A stretch of 64,000 nucleotides of DNA, taken from Raja brachyura (Eukaryota). Position 1 is the stretch's first letter. Each line of letters starts with the position of its first letter. The notes beneath the pieces are model-generated. The model saw only the letters and a list, made by a program, of their open reading frames with translations. It did not search any database and had not been told where the DNA came from. Of this stretch, positions 12,646 through 64,000 are shown piece by piece. The DNA is taken from the NCBI GenBank assembly GCA_963514005.1, contig OY740785.1:73160001-73224000 (forward strand). The letters are read 5' to 3'. The translations under genes were made by a program, and so were the position numbers.

Positions 12646-14055
12646 CATTCCATTTTAGCTACGCTGACGGCTCACTCCAACTGCATGTCTGGTTTGTGAC
12701 CTCTGCTCCCTTGAAGACCAAGTGCAGCCAAAATCATAGAAACTACAGTAGACAAAGATTCAGAAGAAATACAGCACAAGGGCACAAACCCTTTTTTGTG
12801 CCCTTTCACCAGCATTGCCATCAAATTATATTGGACACCCAGCTGAGTAAAGGTGAGTAGGAAAGCAAATGGTAGCAGCAGCCAGGTTCAGATCTGAGAA
12901 ATTCTTCTTTCATTATGTAAAATCGTGTTAATGCTTATAGAAATCAATCTGTATGGGAGAGGGTGGGTATGTTTTACTGAAATCGGTCGGGTGATACACT
13001 ATGTGAGATTTCTAACATTGTAACTCTCCATAGTTATTGTAGTCATACAGAACATCAACAGGCCCTTCAGCCCAAATCATTAATGTTGACCAAGTTGCCC
13101 CACCTAAGCTCATCCCATTTGCCAGCCTTTGGTCCATATCCCTCAAAGCCGTTCCTATTCACATAATCTGCCAAGTGTCTCTTAAATATTGTTATTGTAC
13201 CTACCTGGCAGTTAATTCCATATACCCACCATGTGAATTAGAGTGAAGGTTATTACTGTAACCAGTCTGTTCAGAATGTGGCAGGAATGGAATAGGAAGG
13301 AAATAAGAGTGACAACTGCAATATTTAGAGTCATTAAATCATTGTGTCATATGGCTCTTTAACCCATTCATGCCACCCATCCACGCCACCTAAGCGAGGC
13401 ACCATTTGCCCACATTTCACCCATATCCCTCTAAACCTGATTAAATATTTTTTTCAATGTTATTCTACTTGCCTCAACCACATCTGACAAGTCATTCCAC
13501 CCTCTGCATGGAAAACGTACCCCTTGGGCTCCTGTTAAATCTTTCCCCTCTCGCGTTAAACCCATGCCCTCTAGTTCTTGATTCCCATACTTTGGGGGGG
13601 AAAGACTGCATTCATTCATCTAATCTACCCCTCTTGTGATTGATGGGAGATCTTATAGAGGTGTATACAGTCTCTGACGCTCCAACTTCTCTGTTTCACT
13701 CAGTCCTTCTAGCCCTAGCAACTTAGCCTGACGACAGAGACTTTTCTTGTCTGAAGAAGGAACCCAAACGTCGCCTGTCCATTCCCTCCAGAGATGCTGC
13801 CTGACCCGCTGAGTTACTCCAGCACTTTGTAGTTTGCTCCTCATAAATCTTTTCTGCATCTTTCTAGGCCAATGGCATCCAACATCTTGCTCAGGGCACA
13901 CAGCTGGAGAAGGGAAGTGGAAGCTCTTTGTTCTCCAGAAGATTCATTGCTAATGCCCCTGATTCCTTTCCACACATCTCAACAAACCATCTACTTGTCT
14001 CCCAGCAAACCGCTCTCTTTAGCCCATGAAGCCGGGTTAAGCAGTGCACCCCTTA

Positions 14056-14799
14056 AGGGCCTGTCCTACCAGCATGCAACTCTATGCGATGAGCACGACC
14101 TAAAGTGGTCGCTTGAGCCGTCCAGCGTCACGGGGCCAGTCCCACTTCGATCGCTGGAGCCGTGCGGAGTTCGTCCCGACATCGCGCGGGGCTCCGAAAA
14201 ACTGACTGTTCAAAAATTCCGCGCGGCAACGGCTTGTCGGCTCGACGCATGACACCGCCTTGACATTGTGCATCCGTGAACCTATCTGTAGGTGCCTCCG
14301 TGACCCGCTATGTGTGTAGCTCCGTGGCCCTCTGTGTGTGTGCCTCTGTGCCCCTCTCTGTCCTGGCGAACTTACCTTAAGAATTCGCTCCATGTTCGCC
14401 TCACTTTGCGCTGTGTTGCGCCACTCACCCGACCTCCGCGTGGCCCTCGCTGCTGGTTTAGAAACATAGAAATTAGGTGCAGGAGTAGGCCATTCAGCCC
14501 TTCGAGCCTGCACCACCATTCAATATGATCATGGCTGATCATCCAACTCAGTATCCCGTACCTCCCTTCTCTCCATAGCCTCTGATCCCCTTAGCCACAT
14601 CTAACTCCCTCTTAATTATAGCCAATGAACTGGCCTCAACTACCCTCTGTGGCAACCCTCTGTTTGGTCGCGCTTGCCGCATGCAGGCGCATGCTGGTGG
14701 GAACGGCCCTGTACAGGGGCCACCCGACCCCCGCGCGGTCCCCGCTTCTAGTTTGATCGCGTTCATCGCATGGAATCCGATGCTGGTAGGACAGGCCCT
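14056..14799. mobile_element. PIF/Harbinger-type MITE with a nested CR1 3' fragment (about 14459-14655)
   Basis: TIR AGGGCCTGTCCTACCAGCAT / ATGCTGGTAGGACAGGCCCT, with TTA on both flanks (14053-14055, 14800-14802). Confidence 0.85.
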
Positions 14800-15529
14800 T
14801 TACCCTGTTCAGAGATAACACGGATATCTACCCGAAATGAACGACTATATGCAAACTGACGGAAGGCTTTGTCCCTTTATAAGTGGGCTCCTAAATATCG
14901 AATGCAGTGGGTGTCTGTAAAATTGAGTTGTCACGAGAGCCGCCAAAGCACTCTGGCTGACGACGTCCAAGTCGCTGCTGCAACTTACTGTGATCGCAGG
15001 ATCGGCTCCTTTTCCCCAGGCACCGACTCTCCACCTGAACGACCTGCACTCGTTTCCAACAACACGGCGCTAAGCTCTCGTACACCAATCCACGCTCAGC
15101 CCGTTCACATTGCAACTCCAGGTGACCTTAAAGCGTGTCTTTCAAACAAAACTGTCCAACATCCACTTTCACTAAACGACTGCGTTAACTTTTATTTTGA
15201 CAGAATTGAGGATTCTCGACATTTACAAACGAGGACAAGGACATTTATTATCACATACACCAATTGGTGTAGTGAAATTTGACTTGTAATTTAAGCCGGC
15301 ATATCTGCATTCCAACCATTTTAAATAAGGATTTGCATTCATCCTGCTTCAAATCAGTAATTCAAGCCTTTCGCGAATGTACATTTCTCGCTAGCCTCAG
15401 TATCATCGAAACTGCGAAGGCTTTTTTCAGACAATATTTAAAGTCTGACTTGATCACCTCAGGAGCAGGTAAACGGGTCAATGCAAACAATTACGGACAC
15501 AAAATGCAATGATGTATTTTTTTTAAAGT

Positions 15530-16500
15530 TACCCCTCGGGTCCGTTCTCCTCTCCCCCCCCCCCCCCCCCCACCCCACCTTAAACCTATGTCTTCTGGTT
15601 CTCGATTCCCCGACTCTGGCAAGATATTCTGTGTTTACCGCATCTATTCCTCTCACGATTCTGTACACTTCCATAAGATCATCCCCCATCCTCCAATGCT
15701 CCAAGGAATAGAGCATTCCCTATAGCTCGGGCCCTTGAGTCCTGGCAACATCCTCTTAAAACTTCTCTGCACCCTTTCCATCTTGGCAACATCTTTCCTC
15801 CAACACGGTGCCCCAAACTGAATTCTAAATGTGGCCTCACATGTCTTATACAACTGCAACATGACCTCCCAATGTCTATACTCGCTGAGCAGCCAGAGGT
15901 CATCGAACACATTTGTATCAACAACATGGGTTATTAAAGGACCGAGGTCCTACCGAGTAAATATAGAGACTTAAGAAGCAGGATCACAAAGATAATCCAT
16001 AAAACAGTACAGCACAGGGATAGACCCTTCAGCCCACAATGCTCTTGCTGAACATAATGCTGAGTTAAATTAATCTCCTCTGCCTACATGTGATCCATAT
16101 TTCTCCACTCCCTGCATTTCCATATGCCTATCCAAAAGCCTCTCAAATGCCACGATTGTATCTGCCTCCGCCATCACCTCTGTCAACGAATTCCAGACAT
16201 CCATCACTCGCTGTAAAAGAAAAACTCTTGTACCATATTTCTCTTTTAAACCTTCCCCATCTCACTTTAATGGTATGCTCATTAGTCTTTGACAATTACA
16301 CTCTGGCAACAAAGGTTCTGACTGTCTACCCTATCTATGCATCTCATAATTTTATATATTTCTATCAGGTCACCCCTCAGCCACTCTTACGCCAGAGGGC
16401 AAAACATCCTGATTTGTCCAACCTCTCCTTATAGCGAATGCCCTCTAATCCAGGTAGGTGAACCTCTTCTGCACCACCTTTGAAGCCTCCACATCCACCG
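15530..16500 (-). mobile_element. Two older CR1-like fragments (about 15530-15890 and 16000-16500)
   Basis: Degenerate LQLYKT..RPHLE, MERVQR.F.RMLPGL and TRRHRFKV motifs. Confidence 0.7.
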
Positions 16501-16761
16501 TGTAATGGGGTGACAGTGAGGAAAACTGTGACAATAAAGAAGAAACCAATTGCTCAACCAGTAATTTGGAACTGGAACTCTGGATGTAGAAATGTCTATT
16601 AAGTCTAATGTACTTGGCTGCATAGTTGAAGGGCCATAATCTTCAAGGTTGTGCACATAGAAGCAGGTAAGTGGGATTCAACTAAAGTCAGTTACTGACT
16701 TGCATGTTCCCAAAGGACCAAATGGTTTGTTAAGTTGAGATTTCTGATGATTTACTGGTAA

Positions 16762-17672
16762 GACAATAGACAATAGGTGCAGGAATAGGCCACACGGCCC
16801 TTCAAGCCATCACCACCATTCAATGTGATCATGGCTGATCATCCACAATCAGTACTCCATTCCTGTCTTCTCCCCACATCCCCTGACTCTGCTATCTTCA
16901 AGAGCCCTATCTAGCTCTCAAAAGTTTCCAGAGCACCAGCCTCCACTGCCCTCTGAAGCAGAGAATTCCATAGACTTGCAACTCTCTGTGTGAAAAAGTG
17001 TTTCTTCATCTCCATTCTAAATGGCTTGCCCCTTATTCTTAAACTGTGGCCCCCTGGTTCTGGACTCCCCCAACATCGGGAACACGTTTCCTGCCTCTAG
17101 CGTGTCCAAACCCTTAATAGTCCTATATGTTTTAATAAGATCCCCTCTCATCCTTCTAAACTCCAGAGTGTACAACCCTAGCTGCTCCATTATCTCTGCA
17201 TATGACAGTCCCGCCATCCCGGGAATTAACCTTGTGAACCGATGCTGCACCCCCTCAATAGCAAGAATGTCCTTCCTCAAATTTGTGGACCATAACTGCA
17301 CACAATACTACAGGTGTGGTCTCACTAGGTCTCTGTACAGAAGGAACTGCAGAAGGACCTCTTTGCCTCTATACTCAACTTCTCTTGTTATAAAGGCCAA
17401 CATGGCATTCGCTTTCTTCACTGCCTGCTGTACCTGCATGCGTACTTTCATTGACTAATGAACAAGGATCCCCAGATCCCGTTGTACTTCCCAACTTGAC
17501 ACCATTTAGATAATAATTTGCCTTCCAGTTTTTGCTACCAAAGTGGATAACCTCACATTTATCCACATTAAACTGCATCTGCCATACATCTGCCCACTCA
17601 CCCAACCTGTCCGAGTCACCCTGCATTATCATAGCATCCTCCTCACAGTCACCCAGTTTTGTGTCGTCTGCA
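16762..17672 (-). mobile_element. CR1 LINE 3' fragment
   Basis: WADVWQMQFNVDKCEVIHFG and RFTRLIPGMAGLSY; tail (AGACAAT)n on the plus strand. Confidence 0.9.
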
Positions 17673-18188
17673 TTTATGTAACTGACTTACCAGTTTATTT
17701 TGGAAAATAAGAATTTCCAAATAGGTTTTTAAGTTTAAAAAAAAGATAACCACATGGTTTAACAACATAATGGTTAAGTAACTTGCTGGGTATTCAGAAA
17801 CCTATGCTTTAGATGTAAAGATGCCAGGTCAATTTCTATTATGGTATAGAAATTTAATTCGCATAACAACTCTGGAATAAACAGTAATGACAATTATGAA
17901 ATTAGCAGATTGTCATAAATTGCAGGGAGGGAACTGTTATCCTTATTCCCGGACAATATGTGACTTCAGACTAATCCTGTGGTGGTAAGTACAATCCAAA
18001 AATAAGAGTGATCATTTGGACACCATAGTAATTTCCATTGTATTAAATTTCACAGCAGATACAAGCAATATCAACTTCAACAATCAACCCATAAAAAATG
18101 TTTTTAGAAGTATATTTTTGATATTATTTACTTAAATTGTGCAAACACAAAACTAATGTTTGTGGCCAAACTGCGATGTTTCTAATAT

Positions 18189-23927
<5,739 letters not shown>

Positions 23928-24380
23928 TCCCCACACAACCCTTCCACAGCATTTACCGCTCCACTTCCTTGCTGTGCTCCGCCCAGGGCCCGGCACCCAT
24001 TTCAACGGTGGGTGTGGCGACGGGGGGGGGGGGGGGGGGGAGGAAGTAGCGAAAGTAGGTGTGTGTATCTATGATGGGTTAGTGGGAAAGGTTAAAATAT
24101 GGCTGTTACTTCTACTTGGAAATAATGACACTGCAATTCATTTGTGCACACTTTTTTTAATTAAGGTAGAAATAATTCGCCTTCTGTCAAATTGTTATAA
24201 CAACACTTTTTAGATATAATAAATTACATTTCTCTGTACCAGTGCTTCCATGAGATGCAATGGGAAAAAATAAAATTTCAGTAAGAGATGGAGACAGATA
24301 AACTCACAGGAAATATCAGTGATTCTACATCAGGCATTTTAACTACGGTTCAGTGGGAAATAAGGTTAGGCCCAGCCAAT

Positions 24381-62823
<38,443 letters not shown>

Positions 62824-64000
62824 CTGGAAAACATAAATCAATGTAACTAATTTTGTACATAACTAGTCAAAACAATTTCCTTCCTAATATTCTCTGCAGC
62901 AGGTATTTTGTTTTCATTTCCACTTCCTAAATAACACCTCACGATCACCTTGTCTTGGGTCCACATCATATAATGTCCCGTGCTATTCATTATTCGTGTT
63001 TCAAGGTATCCAGAGTTTACACTTCAAATATTTAGAAAATTGGACAAATGATGGGAACAGATATCTTTGGCAAAATAGTGAATCTACATTATTGTTCAAA
63101 TATGAAAGATCTTTAACCCATCACAAGCGTAAAACTAAGCTATAATAGCAATTTTTGAGTACACCCATGCTGCCTGGCTTTAATAAGTCAAACTTGTCTT
63201 TGGAATAGAGGTAACAATTATTTCAATCCAGCTAAAGAAAATCTTTAGACAGGAACATAGCACAAAAATAAATTAAGTTATACCTGAATCAGGTTATCCA
63301 GGCCTTAGCAAAAGAGATACCATTGTGTTAAACCCTTCAAGCTTTTATGGCATCCTTAAAAATGGTTTGTATAAGATAATTGCTGTCTTACTTCACAGCA
63401 CCAGTTTTGATCAAATTTACTTGGTTCAAGCATTACCACTTGGACTTCCCAGGGAAATTAAATGGTTTCAGATCTCCACATTTAACAAATCATTTTCTTC
63501 GATACAAGCAAATTAACCTTTAACTGCAGTCCTTTATTCCAATATTTGTGTACTCTTTTCTGGATTCGTCAAGGTTTTATTTGAAACACCAGGAGTTGGA
63601 TCTCCAGACATGCCTCACGTTCAATGTTAATGAAAAACTTTGATTTCTAATAATAATAAGCATGGAGTGCTGGCTCCAGATCAAGGTGAATATAACAGCT
63701 TTTCTGAGAGTAAGAACCACATTGTGTCATTTGGGGGCAAATAGTAAGTGCTGGAATATTTTTTTTTTTATCACCTGCAAGCAGGACTACAATCTGCAAA
63801 ACATTCTTCACTCATGACAATTTGCCTCTGCACATTTTTGGTACCTCCCTCCCTAGCATGATCCCTATCCAGAAATGTACAATGATAGTCTGGTTATTTA
63901 GCAAGCTAAATAACTATTGCCACTCGCCCCACCTCTAAAAAAGGCATTAATTACCAAATTTGTGCAACTCAATCAGCAACAGTAATTATGGAATAGGGAT

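Overview
Eukaryotic (vertebrate) genomic DNA, most likely a cartilaginous fish such as a skate or ray. This is inferred from the repeat families and gene structure, not from a database search. Three recognisable spliced genes are present: the 3' part of a zona pellucida ZPAX-like gene (+, 12-5387), a complete TTC32 (-, 18189-23927) and the 3' 13 exons of WDR35/IFT121 (-, 24381-62823). Between ZPAX and TTC32 lies an unrecognised spliced minus-strand gene joining a SAM-like domain to a HERC2/MIB-type ZZ zinc finger (about 8.3-12.1 kb). WDR35 introns hold two DIRS1-type tyrosine-recombinase retrotransposons. One is structurally complete (27416-32707), with perfect ITR/ICR matches and gag, RT-RNaseH-methyltransferase and YR ORFs; the other is decayed (about 44618-49129). 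The rest is CR1 LINE fragments, tRNA-derived SINEs, PIF/Harbinger and hAT MITEs, a non-autonomous Helitron with minisatellites, and about 14 copies of a short, often fold-back element carrying a minimal hammerhead-ribozyme-like core. All calls come from reading the sequence by eye; repeat boundaries are approximate unless terminal motifs are cited.
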